Part shown: positions 17,670 through 27,243 of the stretch, in pieces
How positions within the stretch are numbered: the first letter of the stretch is position 1
Layout of the letters: each line of letters opens with the position of its first letter
Source: Lachnospiraceae bacterium
GTDB taxonomy: Bacteria > Bacillota > Clostridia > Lachnospirales > Lachnospiraceae
Direction: 5' to 3'
DNA: 64,000 bases
NCBI GenBank assembly: GCA_017427415.1
Contig: JAFRSU010000086.1
Location: 12,547 to 76,546 of the forward strand
Program-made: the position numbers and the translations under genes
Notes under the pieces: model-generated
Told to the model about the DNA's origin: nothing
Databases searched by the model: none
Seen by the model: the letters and a program-made list of their open reading frames with translations, nothing else

Positions 17670-18665
17670 ATGAGTTTTATAGATGATATCAAAGCACGTG
17701 CAAGAAAAAATATCAAGACCATCGTTCTCCCCGAGGCTGAGGACAGACGTGTACTTGAAGCAGCAGCTACCACTCTTAAAGAGGGTAATGCAAAGATCAT
17801 CCTTATCGGTAATAAGGCTGATATCGATAAGTTAGGAAAAGGACTTGACCTTTCAGGTGCTACAATAGTTAATCCCAAGGAGTGTGATAAGTTACAGGCT
17901 TACATCGATAAGTTAGTAGAGCTTCGTGCTAAGAAGGGTATGACTCCCGAGCTGGCCGAGCAGGCACTTACCACAGACTATACCACATTTGCAGTAATGA
18001 TGGTTAAGATGGGTGATGCAGACGGCGTAGTATCAGGTGCATGCCATTCTACAGCAAATACACTTCGTCCCTGCTTACAGATACTTAAGACTGCTCCCGG
18101 CAACAAGTCGGCATCAGCATTCTTCCTTATGATAGTACCTGATTGTGAGTACGGCGAGGATGGAGTATTTGTATTCGGTGACTGCGGACTTAACCAGAAT
18201 CCCGATCCCGAGCAGCTTGCAGAGATCGCTTCCCAGTCAGCTAAGAGCTTCGAGCTCCTGACCGGCAAGAAGGCAAGAGTTGCTATGCTCAGCCATTCTT
18301 CAAAGGGCAGCGCTAAGCATGATGATGTAACTAAGGTGGTTGAGGCTACAAGGATCGCTAAAGAGACATATCCTGATATCGAGCTTGACGGAGAGTTACA
18401 GCTTGATGCAGCTATCGTTCCTTCAGTAGGTGCTTCAAAGGCTCCCGACTCCAAGGTAGCAGGTAAGGCTAACGTACTTATATTCCCTGACCTTGATGCA
18501 GGCAATATCGGTTACAAGCTTGTACAGCGTCTTGCAAAAGCTGAAGCTTACGGTCCTGTTATGCAGGGTATCGCAGCTCCCGTTAATGACCTTTCACGCG
18601 GATGCTTCGCTGAGGATATCGTAGGTGTAGTAGCTATCACAGCAGTTCAGGCTGCAGCAAACTAA
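17670..18665 (+). CDS. pta: phosphate acetyltransferase
   Basis: IVLPE.ED.RVL.AA and SGA.HSTA.T.RP motifs, plus C-terminal GPVMQG...PVNDLSRG. Confidence 0.95.
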   Translation: MSFIDDIKARARKNIKTIVLPEAEDRRVLEAAATTLKEGNAKIILIGNKADIDKLGKGLDLSGATIVNPKECDKLQAYIDKLVELRAKKGMTPELAEQALTTDYTTFAVMMVKMGDADGVVSGACHSTANTLRPCLQILKTAPGNKSASAFFLMIVPDCEYGEDGVFVFGDCGLNQNPDPEQLAEIASQSAKSFELLTGKKARVAMLSHSSKGSAKHDDVTKVVEATRIAKETYPDIELDGELQLDAAIVPSVGASKAPDSKVAGKANVLIFPDLDAGNIGYKLVQRLAKAEAYGPVMQGIAAPVNDLSRGCFAEDIVGVVAITAVQAAAN

Positions 18666-18698
18666 GATTTATCATTTTGATAATATACAGAATGTATT

Positions 18699-18731
18699 AC
18701 GGGTATCTGATCTTCAGGTACCCGTTTTTTA
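18699..18731 (+). terminator. intrinsic terminator after pta
   Basis: ACGGGTATCTGA-TCT-TCAGGTACCCGT followed by T6. Confidence 0.8.
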
Positions 18732-18754
18732 ACAAGGTACATGTGTTTGTTTTG

Positions 18755-18783
18755 TTGACTGTTTCGGGTAGTTATGCTATAAT
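18755..18783 (+). promoter_or_regulatory. pepD promoter
   Basis: TTGACT, 17 bp, TATAAT. Confidence 0.6.
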
Positions 18784-18820
18784 TTAAATTTAGTTATTAT
18801 GCTTAAAAAAGAGGTATGAG

Positions 18821-20311
18821 ATGAATAAGCTTAAAGGATTGGAACCCAAAAAGGTATTTGAATTTTTTGAATATATCTCATCCGTTCCGCGCGGTTCGGG
18901 AAATACCAAGGCAGTCAGCGACCTGTGCGTTAAGTTTGCCAAGGAAAGAAATCTTGATGTTTATCAGGATGAACTGAACAATGTGATCATAAGAAAGCCG
19001 GCTACGCCCGGGTATGAAAAAGCTCCTATAGTGGTACTGCAGGGGCATCTCGATATGGTATGTGCAAAAAATGATACTTGCCAAAAGGATATGGCGTCTG
19101 AGCCCATAGACCTTACTCATGATGACAAATATGTATATGCCGTTGATACCACTTTGGGCGGAGACGACGGTATAGCCGTAGCTTATGCTCTTGCTATACT
19201 TGACTCGGATGATATACCTCATCCTGCTTTAGAAGCAGTATTTACCATCGATGAAGAGACCGGTATGGATGGTGCATGCCATATAGATGCCGGGCAGATA
19301 AAGGGCAGAATATTTATCAATATTGACAGCGAAGAGGAAGGCATATTTACATGCGGATGTGCCGGCGGATGCCGTATAAACGGACTTATACCCGTAAAAA
19401 GAACTAAAGTACAGAACAAAGGTAAGTTTTACGAGATAGTGCTTAAAGGACTGAAGGGCGGACATTCCGGCTGTGATATACATAAGCAGCCTGCCTCGGC
19501 CAATCATCTGATGGGAAGGATATTGCATGACATTTATGAAAGATATGCATTTAATCTTTGTTCTTTAGAAGGCGGTAAATTTGATAATGTTATATCTGAG
19601 GCTGCAAGAGCTGTGATATTTACCGGCAAGTCCGATAAAAAAATGGCTGAAGACCTTTATTCATATATAAAGGAATACAACAACGAACTGAGATCCGAAT
19701 ACTATACCATTAATCCGGATATGGAATTAAGTATTTCGGAATACAGTAACGGAGCATCCGAAGATGGAAAGCTATCCGGTGAAGCAAAAGCACTCGATGA
19801 TGTCTCGACATTAAAGGTGATCGATTCGATATACCTTGTACAACAGGGTGTGATCGAGATGGATCCGAATCTTAAAAGCATGGTACAGACCTCGCAGAAC
19901 TTAGGAGTGATAAAGCTGCAGGATAATGATTTTAAGATATGCTTCCTTGTCCGTTCATCCATAGAGGCCCAGAAACAGACTGCTATAGATAAGATCACGG
20001 CTCTGATAAAGCTTATGGGTGGTAATGTATCATATTCGGGTAATTATCCCGGATGGAAATATGAACCCAAGTCAAGCTTAAGAGAGCTCTGTATAAAGGT
20101 ATATAAGGAGCAATACAAAAAAAATCCTATAGTTACTTCGATACATGCAGGGTTAGAGTGCGGACTTTTTGCAGATAAGCTTAAAGGATTGGATGCAGTA
20201 TCGATGGGACCGAATATACTTGATATCCATACTCCGAGAGAAAGGCTTGAGATAGCATCAGTTGAAAGAGTATGGAAGTTTTTGCTCAGAGTGCTTGAGA
20301 TGATCAAATGA
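18821..20311 (+). CDS. pepD: aminoacyl-histidine dipeptidase (M20 family)
   Basis: LQGHLDMVC, GGDDGIAVAYALAIL and TIDEETGMDGA are PepD signatures. Confidence 0.9.
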   Translation: MNKLKGLEPKKVFEFFEYISSVPRGSGNTKAVSDLCVKFAKERNLDVYQDELNNVIIRKPATPGYEKAPIVVLQGHLDMVCAKNDTCQKDMASEPIDLTHDDKYVYAVDTTLGGDDGIAVAYALAILDSDDIPHPALEAVFTIDEETGMDGACHIDAGQIKGRIFINIDSEEEGIFTCGCAGGCRINGLIPVKRTKVQNKGKFYEIVLKGLKGGHSGCDIHKQPASANHLMGRILHDIYERYAFNLCSLEGGKFDNVISEAARAVIFTGKSDKKMAEDLYSYIKEYNNELRSEYYTINPDMELSISEYSNGASEDGKLSGEAKALDDVSTLKVIDSIYLVQQGVIEMDPNLKSMVQTSQNLGVIKLQDNDFKICFLVRSSIEAQKQTAIDKITALIKLMGGNVSYSGNYPGWKYEPKSSLRELCIKVYKEQYKKNPIVTSIHAGLECGLFADKLKGLDAVSMGPNILDIHTPRERLEIASVERVWKFLLRVLEMIK

Positions 20312-20391
20312 AACATAAGATTCTTCTCTATTGAAGATATCTATGATATAAATATTTATGAAAGGAGTTCGGGATCATCCCGAAAACTAAC

Positions 20392-22353
20392 ATGAAAAAA
20401 ATTTCTAAATTATTGCTTGCTGCACTTATGTTGGTGACAATATTTGCATTAACAGGCTGCGGCGCAAAAGAGGTAGAGGTAAATCTTGCCGACTATGTAA
20501 AATATACATACGAAGGTTACGACGGCATGGGTACAGGTGAAGCCGAGATCGATGCACGTAAGATTGCAAGAGATATCGAAGAAGAAATCGGTGAAGAAAA
20601 AGCATCGGATGCACAGAGGATTTTAAAGAAGATCGATGTAACTTTGGCTAAGATCGAGAATTTAAGTAACGGTGAGTCAGTAGCTGTATCCTTTGATAAT
20701 GTCAATGAAGATACTCTCAAAGAAGAATGCGGCGTGATCGTTAAAGCCGAAGGATTCGATACTACAGTATCCGGTCTTACGGAGCTGGAGGAAGTTGACC
20801 TGTTCGCAGATTACGAGATCAAATTTTCGGGAAATGATACTCTCGGCTATGCATATGTAAATCATTACAATTTCCCCGAGGGTGTATATGGAGTATATCT
20901 TGATCTTGAAAAGAAAGAAAATCTTTCAAACGGCGAAAAGATAAAGCTTGTTGCAAAGGATTATGATGACGGCGATGTAGTAAAGACTCTTGCTGAAGAA
21001 GGTAAGAAAGCAAAAGCATTAGAATACGAAGTAACTGTATCAGGTCTTACCGAGCTTGTAGAATATGATATATTCCAGGGCTTAGAGATGAACTATGAAG
21101 GCTTAAACGGACATGCTACCGCTACTCTGAGATTTGATTATAATGTAAATGATTACTATTACAGCTTTGAATTCTTAATGGATAAGAGTGAAGAGCTTTC
21201 AAACGGCGATATCATCACCGTTACCTGCGATATGGATGACTACTATAAGGATGATTATGCCGATATCAATGCTTATGCCGCACAGCGCGGTATCAAGCTT
21301 ACAGCTACCACCAAGCAGGTTACCGTTGAAGGTATTTTAGCTCCTATCGCCGATACTTCAGAAATCGACAGTGCTGTATTTGAACAGATGAAGGCAGATG
21401 ATATCGAAAAGATCAAGACTATATATACTGACGGTTATGAGAATGTCGCAGCTGCCAATTCTTTCCTTGATGCTAAGTATATCGGAAGCTTCATAACATT
21501 TAAGAACAGCAGTTATTATGATTATGCCAATAAGATCATAAATGTATACAAGTGTGATATCAAGTATGTAGATACAGATCCCGTATGGATATATTGGTGT
21601 TCGGTATATACAACAGACAGGGACGAGACTACAGGTCAGTATACTGTTTCCGAGATAGAAGCCGTTACTCCCGCTGAGTTTTATAAGTATTATGCATACA
21701 GTGATGATTTTGCCTGCTTCGAGGATGAAAACAAAAACATTTACCTTGGATTTACAAATGTAGATGATGTTATTAAGGCATTTACAGATGATTACCACGG
21801 AGATTCCAATGCCGAAGTTATCTTTAACAATATCGCCGATACAGAAGAACCTCATGCTGACGGAACCGTCACTGTTGAAAAGCCCCCTGTAGAGCTTAGC
21901 GAAAATCCTATAGATATCTCAAAGGAAAATGAGGGAACAAAATGCAGTGCCACAGTAAATGATGCATATAATGTTTACACAGAAGATCAGGCAAATGCTC
22001 TTTTGGAGAAGGCATATTTTATGACTGATTACATATGTAACGCCGAAATCATCACAGTCGGAGATCTTGAATCCGCTGAAGAGGATTCTTTCCAGGCAAA
22101 ATGTGATCAGATATATGCTGAAAAGTTTAACGGTACAAGAGCTTTGATCTATATGATCGATGCAAATACTCTTAAGGATTATATGTATCTTAATGACGGA
22201 TCTGATGTACTTTCGGAACTCGAACCCGAACTCGAGGATACTCCTTATTCTTTCAGAAGTGAGAATCCTTATGAATACACCGTAAAGATTTTTGATACTC
22301 TGATTGCCGTAATAGGCGGAAATAATTCTAAGAATGCAGAGGATGCCGCATGA
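20392..22353 (+). CDS. lipoprotein with three ~90-aa internal repeats and a TPM-like C-terminal domain
   Basis: Lipobox LTGCGA. The blocks ...ENLSNG(E/D)... and TVSGLTEL(E/V)E(V/Y)D(L/I)F recur. The C-terminus has VNDAYNVYTEDQANALLEKAY...LIYMID. Confidence 0.8.
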   Translation: MKKISKLLLAALMLVTIFALTGCGAKEVEVNLADYVKYTYEGYDGMGTGEAEIDARKIARDIEEEIGEEKASDAQRILKKIDVTLAKIENLSNGESVAVSFDNVNEDTLKEECGVIVKAEGFDTTVSGLTELEEVDLFADYEIKFSGNDTLGYAYVNHYNFPEGVYGVYLDLEKKENLSNGEKIKLVAKDYDDGDVVKTLAEEGKKAKALEYEVTVSGLTELVEYDIFQGLEMNYEGLNGHATATLRFDYNVNDYYYSFEFLMDKSEELSNGDIITVTCDMDDYYKDDYADINAYAAQRGIKLTATTKQVTVEGILAPIADTSEIDSAVFEQMKADDIEKIKTIYTDGYENVAAANSFLDAKYIGSFITFKNSSYYDYANKIINVYKCDIKYVDTDPVWIYWCSVYTTDRDETTGQYTVSEIEAVTPAEFYKYYAYSDDFACFEDENKNIYLGFTNVDDVIKAFTDDYHGDSNAEVIFNNIADTEEPHADGTVTVEKPPVELSENPIDISKENEGTKCSATVNDAYNVYTEDQANALLEKAYFMTDYICNAEIITVGDLESAEEDSFQAKCDQIYAEKFNGTRALIYMIDANTLKDYMYLNDGSDVLSELEPELEDTPYSFRSENPYEYTVKIFDTLIAVIGGNNSKNAEDAA

Positions 22354-23369
22354 AATGGATAAAACTTTCACTCAATACCACGGTAGAGGCAGAAGATCTC
22401 ATCACCGCGGTACTTGATGAAATGGGCATTGAAGGCGTACAGATAGAAGACAAGGTTCAGCTGTCGGAAGAAGACAAAAAAAGAATGTTTATCGATATCC
22501 TCCCCGAACTCCCTCCGGACGACGTGGAGGCTGAACTGAGCTTCTATGTAGACTGTGATAGTGATATTGAAGAACTGAAAAGCAATATTCTGGAAAATCT
22601 TGAGCCATATGCCGGAGAATACAATCTCGGCACTCTTGAATTCACTGTGTCCGAGACTGAGGATACCGACTGGATAAATAACTGGAAGCAGTATTTTAAG
22701 CCGTTCAGGGCAGATGAAGGCATAGTTATTAAGCCTACATGGACATCGGCAGATGAACTTCCCGATCACAATGATGACGATCTCATCATAGAGATAGACC
22801 CCGGTACAGCATTCGGTACAGGTGCTCATGAGACAACCAAGCTCTGTATCAAGGCTTTAAAGAAATATCTTAAAGCCGGTGATAAACTTTTAGATGTAGG
22901 ATGCGGAAGCGGAATACTCTCTATAGTAGGCATGAAGCTGGGCGCAGAAGCTGCCTTAGGTATCGATGTCGATGACAACGCCACACATACATCGGTGGAG
23001 AACGCCGGTATCAACGGTATAGAAGCTGAATATCTGGACCAGGGGGACGGGGTTAGTGGTCCGTTAATTGATATCGAGAAAGATCATATAAGATTTTTTA
23101 CAGGGAATGTTCTTGAAGATGATGCGTTGTGCAACCGTACCGGATTTGACAGATTCGATGTGGTAGTGGCAAATATATTGGCTGATATCATCATCCCGCT
23201 GTCAGGTGTAACTTCCAAGTACATGAGAAAAGATGCCATATTTATCAGCTCCGGCATCATCAATACAAAAGAGGATGCAGTAAGAAATGCACTTCTAAAA
23301 AACGGTTTTGAGATATTGGAAGTGATAAAGATGAACGACTGGGTAGCTTTTGTGGCGAAGAAGAAATAA
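22350..23369 (+). CDS. prmA: ribosomal protein L11 methyltransferase
   Basis: IDPGTAFGTGAHETT and LDVGCGSGILS motifs. Its ATG overlaps the stop of the lipoprotein gene (ATGA). Confidence 0.9.
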   Translation: MKWIKLSLNTTVEAEDLITAVLDEMGIEGVQIEDKVQLSEEDKKRMFIDILPELPPDDVEAELSFYVDCDSDIEELKSNILENLEPYAGEYNLGTLEFTVSETEDTDWINNWKQYFKPFRADEGIVIKPTWTSADELPDHNDDDLIIEIDPGTAFGTGAHETTKLCIKALKKYLKAGDKLLDVGCGSGILSIVGMKLGAEAALGIDVDDNATHTSVENAGINGIEAEYLDQGDGVSGPLIDIEKDHIRFFTGNVLEDDALCNRTGFDRFDVVVANILADIIIPLSGVTSKYMRKDAIFISSGIINTKEDAVRNALLKNGFEILEVIKMNDWVAFVAKKK

Positions 23370-23387
23370 TGTGTAAAGTAAGATAAT

Positions 23388-23413
23388 AAGTCCTTCGCTG
23401 CGTTCATGATGAT
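23388..23413. repeat. degenerate GTCATCC...AAGGATC family copy (inverted)
   Basis: AAGTCCTTCGCTGCGTTCATGATGAT. Confidence 0.45.
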
Positions 23414-23448
23414 TTAAAAAGTTTGACATAAATACAGGATGACAAAAT

Positions 23449-24195
23449 ATGTACCATTTTTATACTGATAAAGCGAATATATCCGAGAAAACGATCTCTA
23501 TATTCGGCGAGGATGTAAATCATATAAAAAATGTTCTTCGCATGAAAGAAGGCGAAGAGATCATCATATGCGACAGCGAAGGGACGGATTATCATTCGAA
23601 GATCGTGTCTTTGGGAAAAAACGAAGTGGTGGCTGAGATACTTGATTCAGGTATCTCAGAGGCCGAGCTGCCTTTTAGGGTTCACCTGTTCCAGGGACTT
23701 CCGAAGAAAGACAAGATGGAGATGATAATCCAGAAATCCGTTGAACTCGGTGTACATGAGATCATCCCCGTTATGACCAGGCGTGTCATCGTAAAGCTTG
23801 ATGATAAGAAAAAAGAGGAAGCTAAACTTAAACGCTGGCAGGCCATATCGGAAAGTGCTGCAAAACAGTCCGGCAGAGGAATCATACCGCAAATATCCGG
23901 ATGCATGAGCTTTAAGGAAGCACTTTCTAAAGCTCAAAAAATGGATAAAATACTTATCCCGTATGAAAATGCCGATTCATCGCCTTTGGGGATGAAGGCA
24001 TCAAGAGAATTGCTGCAAAATATCCCTGAAGGATCTGATGTAGCTGTATTTATCGGACCGGAGGGCGGCTTTGAACCCGAAGAAGTGGAAGAAGCCATTC
24101 GTTCGGGTGCCAGCGCCATTTCACTCGGCAAACGTATTTTGCGTACAGAGACAGCAGGCATGATGCTGTTATCTGTTATCGGATTTATAAATTGA
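23449..24195 (+). CDS. rsmE: 16S rRNA (uracil1498-N3)-methyltransferase
   Basis: PUA-like N-terminus with HI.NVLRMK.GE. C-terminal FIGPEGGF..EE and LG.RILRTETA. Confidence 0.9.
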   Translation: MYHFYTDKANISEKTISIFGEDVNHIKNVLRMKEGEEIIICDSEGTDYHSKIVSLGKNEVVAEILDSGISEAELPFRVHLFQGLPKKDKMEMIIQKSVELGVHEIIPVMTRRVIVKLDDKKKEEAKLKRWQAISESAAKQSGRGIIPQISGCMSFKEALSKAQKMDKILIPYENADSSPLGMKASRELLQNIPEGSDVAVFIGPEGGFEPEEVEEAIRSGASAISLGKRILRTETAGMMLLSVIGFIN

Positions 24196-24210
24196 TATGT
24201 ATGAGGAATT

Positions 24211-25422
24211 ATGGAAGCATATTTGGATAATGCGGCTACGACACGCGTAAGCGAGAAAGCCGCAATGATAGCTGAAAAAGTGATGAGGGAGGATTACGGG
24301 AATCCCTCATCTAAGCATATAAAAGGCTTTGATGCCGAGCAATATATAAAGAATGCGGCAAAGGCGATAGCCGATTCTTTAAAAGTACAGCCGAAAGAGA
24401 TCATATTTACCTCAGGCGGTACCGAATCCAACAATATGGCTCTTGCAGGAGCTGCTTTTTCTAAGATGCGCAGCGGAAAAAAGATCATATCCACATGCTT
24501 TGAACATGCGTCGGTGTATTCGCCGCTGCTTGCATTAAAGGATTTTGACTTTGACATAGACTTTGCTTCGGTAGATGAACTGGGGCATGTTAAGATAGAT
24601 GATCTTTTAAACATGATAGATGATAATACGACACTTGTATCTGTCATGTATGTAAACAATGAGGTGGGTGCGGTACAGGATATAGCAGCTATCTCTAAAG
24701 CCGTAAAAGAAAAAAAGCCGGATATCATATTCCATGTGGATGCGATACAGGCTTACGGAAAATACAGGATAAACCCGAAAAAAGAAGGTATAGATCTTTT
24801 GAGCGTAAGCGGACATAAGATACACGCACCTAAGGGTAGCGGATTTTTGTATGCTGACGAAAAGATAAAGCTGCGTCCTTTGATATTTGGCGGAGGACAG
24901 CAAAAAAACAGACGTTCCGGCACGGAAAATGTACCTGCCATAGCGGGATTGGGTGAAGCCGTAAGGGAAGCTTACGAGGATTTTGATAAAAAGACAGAAC
25001 ATATATATGCATTAAAAGAACATTTTATCGAAAGAATATCCGAAGTACCGGGAACACATGTAAATGCTGTACCGGGTATAGACATGAAGGCTTTAAGCAA
25101 TACTTATGATAAAGCCCTATGGGATAAAAGCCTAAAAGAGACGGCACCGCACATCGTAAGTGTAAGCTTTGATAAGATAAAAGCTGAAGTCCTGCTTCAT
25201 GCGTTAGAAGAAAAGAAAGTATATGTATCATCTGGATCCGCATGTTCTTCCAACCATCCGGGCATAAGCAGCACATTGCAGGCGATAGGTGTCAGAAAAG
25301 ACCTGCTTGATTCAACTTTGAGATTCAGTTTTTCAAGATATACGACTGTCGAGGAGACAGATTACTGTATTGATGTTTTAAAGGTACTGGTACCTGTATA
25401 TTCCAGATTTACAAGAAGATAA
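24211..25422 (+). CDS. cysteine desulfurase (NifS/IscS/NifZ class), likely sulfur donor for ThiI
   Basis: Starts YLDNAATT. PLP lysine in SGHKIHAPKGSG and active-site Cys in SSGSACSS. It lies directly upstream of thiI. Confidence 0.9.
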   Translation: MEAYLDNAATTRVSEKAAMIAEKVMREDYGNPSSKHIKGFDAEQYIKNAAKAIADSLKVQPKEIIFTSGGTESNNMALAGAAFSKMRSGKKIISTCFEHASVYSPLLALKDFDFDIDFASVDELGHVKIDDLLNMIDDNTTLVSVMYVNNEVGAVQDIAAISKAVKEKKPDIIFHVDAIQAYGKYRINPKKEGIDLLSVSGHKIHAPKGSGFLYADEKIKLRPLIFGGGQQKNRRSGTENVPAIAGLGEAVREAYEDFDKKTEHIYALKEHFIERISEVPGTHVNAVPGIDMKALSNTYDKALWDKSLKETAPHIVSVSFDKIKAEVLLHALEEKKVYVSSGSACSSNHPGISSTLQAIGVRKDLLDSTLRFSFSRYTTVEETDYCIDVLKVLVPVYSRFTRR

Positions 25423-25451
25423 TGTGACAGGAGAACCGTCCCCTTGTCACA
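25423..25451. repeat. GTGACA-family repeat, simple form, copy D
   Basis: TGTGACAGGAGAACCGTCCCCTTGTCACA. It ends 14 nt before the thiI ATG. Confidence 0.8.
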
Positions 25452-25465
25452 AGAGAGGATATAAA

Positions 25466-26653
25466 ATGAAATATAAGGCTTTTTTGGTTAAGTATGCCGA
25501 GATCGGCATAAAGGGTAAGAACAGATATGTGTTTGAGGATGCTCTGTGCGATAGGATTGCCGAGAAACTGGCTAAGGTCGCAGACGGATTTACAGTGGTG
25601 CGTGAGCAGGGCAGACTCAAAGTAAACTGTCCCGATGAATATGACTATGATGAGGCTATAAACCAGATGACGAAGGTATTCGGCGTATGGGAGATATGCC
25701 CTGCATATGTGATAGAGGATGCATCCTGGGATAACCTGGCACAAAAAGTGGGAGATTATGTGGAAGAAAGATACGGAAATACACCGCATACATTTAAGGT
25801 TGAAGCCAGACGTTCCGATAAATCTTATCCCATCCAGTCCCCTCAGATATGTTCCGATATGGGCGGTGTCATACTTGACAGATTCCCTGCTTTTAAGGTG
25901 GATGTACATAAGCCTGAGATCACTTTTTATGTAGAGATCAGGAACTTCGCGTATGTATACTCCGAGTCAGTAAAAGGTCCCGGCGGTATGCCTGTAGGTG
26001 CCAACGGACATGCAATGCTGCTTCTATCGGGCGGTATAGACAGTCCTGTAGCCGGATATATGGTATCAAAACGCGGTGTTACTATTGATGCAGTATATTT
26101 CCATGCTCCGCCTTATACTTCCGAAAGAGCTAAGCAGAAGGTAGTTGACTTGGCAAAACTTATCAGTGTGTATACAGGTCCTATCAAGCTGCATGTTGTA
26201 ATCTTTACGGATATTCAGCTCGCTATCATAGATAAGTGCCCGAGAGATGAACTTACCATTATCATGAGAAGATATATGATGAGGATCGCCGAGCATTTTG
26301 CATATAAAAACAACTGTCAGGCACTCATCACCGGCGAATCCATCGGTCAGGTGGCAAGCCAGACTCCCCAGAGCTTAGTAGCTACAAATGCAGTATGTAC
26401 ACTTCCCGTATACAGGCCTGTCATCGCATTTGATAAGCAGGATATCGTAGATATAGCAGAAAAGATCAATACTTACGAGACATCCATCCAGCCCTATGAG
26501 GACTGCTGTACCATATTTGTGGCAAAGCATCCCGTAACCAAGCCGTATCTGCATATCATTGAGCGTTCTGAGAAGAAACTGATCGGTACTATAGAGGAAC
26601 TGGTAGAGAAGGCTATCAATGAAGTTGAAGTCATTGAAGTAAAAGAAGATTGA
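25466..26653 (+). CDS. thiI: tRNA 4-thiouridine synthase ThiI
   Basis: YAEIGIKGKNR and a THUMP region. PP-loop LLSGGIDSPVA. Confidence 0.9.
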   Translation: MKYKAFLVKYAEIGIKGKNRYVFEDALCDRIAEKLAKVADGFTVVREQGRLKVNCPDEYDYDEAINQMTKVFGVWEICPAYVIEDASWDNLAQKVGDYVEERYGNTPHTFKVEARRSDKSYPIQSPQICSDMGGVILDRFPAFKVDVHKPEITFYVEIRNFAYVYSESVKGPGGMPVGANGHAMLLLSGGIDSPVAGYMVSKRGVTIDAVYFHAPPYTSERAKQKVVDLAKLISVYTGPIKLHVVIFTDIQLAIIDKCPRDELTIIMRRYMMRIAEHFAYKNNCQALITGESIGQVASQTPQSLVATNAVCTLPVYRPVIAFDKQDIVDIAEKINTYETSIQPYEDCCTIFVAKHPVTKPYLHIIERSEKKLIGTIEELVEKAINEVEVIEVKED

Positions 26654-26678
26654 ATATACACCTTTGAACATAAGAAAA

Positions 26679-26698
26679 ACGGCAGCTAATGCTGCCGT
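26679..26698. terminator. bidirectional terminator between thiI and the HPr-like gene
   Basis: ACGGCAGC-TAAT-GCTGCCGT, flanked by an A-run and a T-rich run. Confidence 0.7.
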
Positions 26699-26728
26699 AT
26701 TCTTTAAATTCATATGGATGAGTTCAGA

Positions 26729-26962
26729 TTACTCAATAATGAACTGCTTTAAACTGTCCATAATCTCATCAAGCTGTTCTTCAGAATGTATATTGAGTTC
26801 AATGGGCTTTGAAAGATCAAGTGAGAAGATACCCATGATCGACTTAGCATCGATTACATATCTTCCTGAAACAAGATCGAAATCAGACTCATACTTTGTA
26901 ACTGTGTTAACAAATGACTTAACTGCATCGATAGAATTTAAACTGATTTTAACTGTTTTCAT
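26729..26962 (-). CDS. HPr-fold protein lacking the His15 phosphorylation motif
   Basis: MKTVKISLNSIDAVKSFV...DAKSIMGIFSLDL keeps the Ser46-region KSIMG..SL but has no GIHARPA. AAGGAGA lies upstream of ATG 26962. Confidence 0.7.
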   Translation of the reverse strand: MKTVKISLNSIDAVKSFVNTVTKYESDFDLVSGRYVIDAKSIMGIFSLDLSKPIELNIHSEEQLDEIMDSLKQFIIE

Positions 26963-27243
26963 TTTCCGTTCTCCTTTCTTTAAGGAAACTGTATCGTTCG
27001 TTTCCTTCTGTGCTATAGTATAAACATTGTTTTTTATAATGTCAACACTCTGAAATACCAAATTTTAAGGTTTTTTTGGATATTTATTTATATTTTTTTG
27101 AATCTGTATACATTTTTAGATTTCATTTATTTGTGCAATATTCACAAATAATGGTATATATAGGTGTGTACTGTACACTTTATACAAAATATAGGGCAGT
27201 TTTTCTGCCTAACAATAAACAAATATATTTTAATGGTGAAAAA

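Noticed and set aside
16437-18665. The ackA-before-pta gene order as unusual.
   Set aside because: Both orders exist among bacteria. Without a comparative survey I cannot claim anything, and both genes look intact and ordinary.
26664-27023. The 119-aa + strand ORF overlapping the HPr-like gene.
   Set aside because: It lies antisense to a gene with a good SD and a recognisable fold signature. Its product is Ser/Ile/Phe-rich low complexity.
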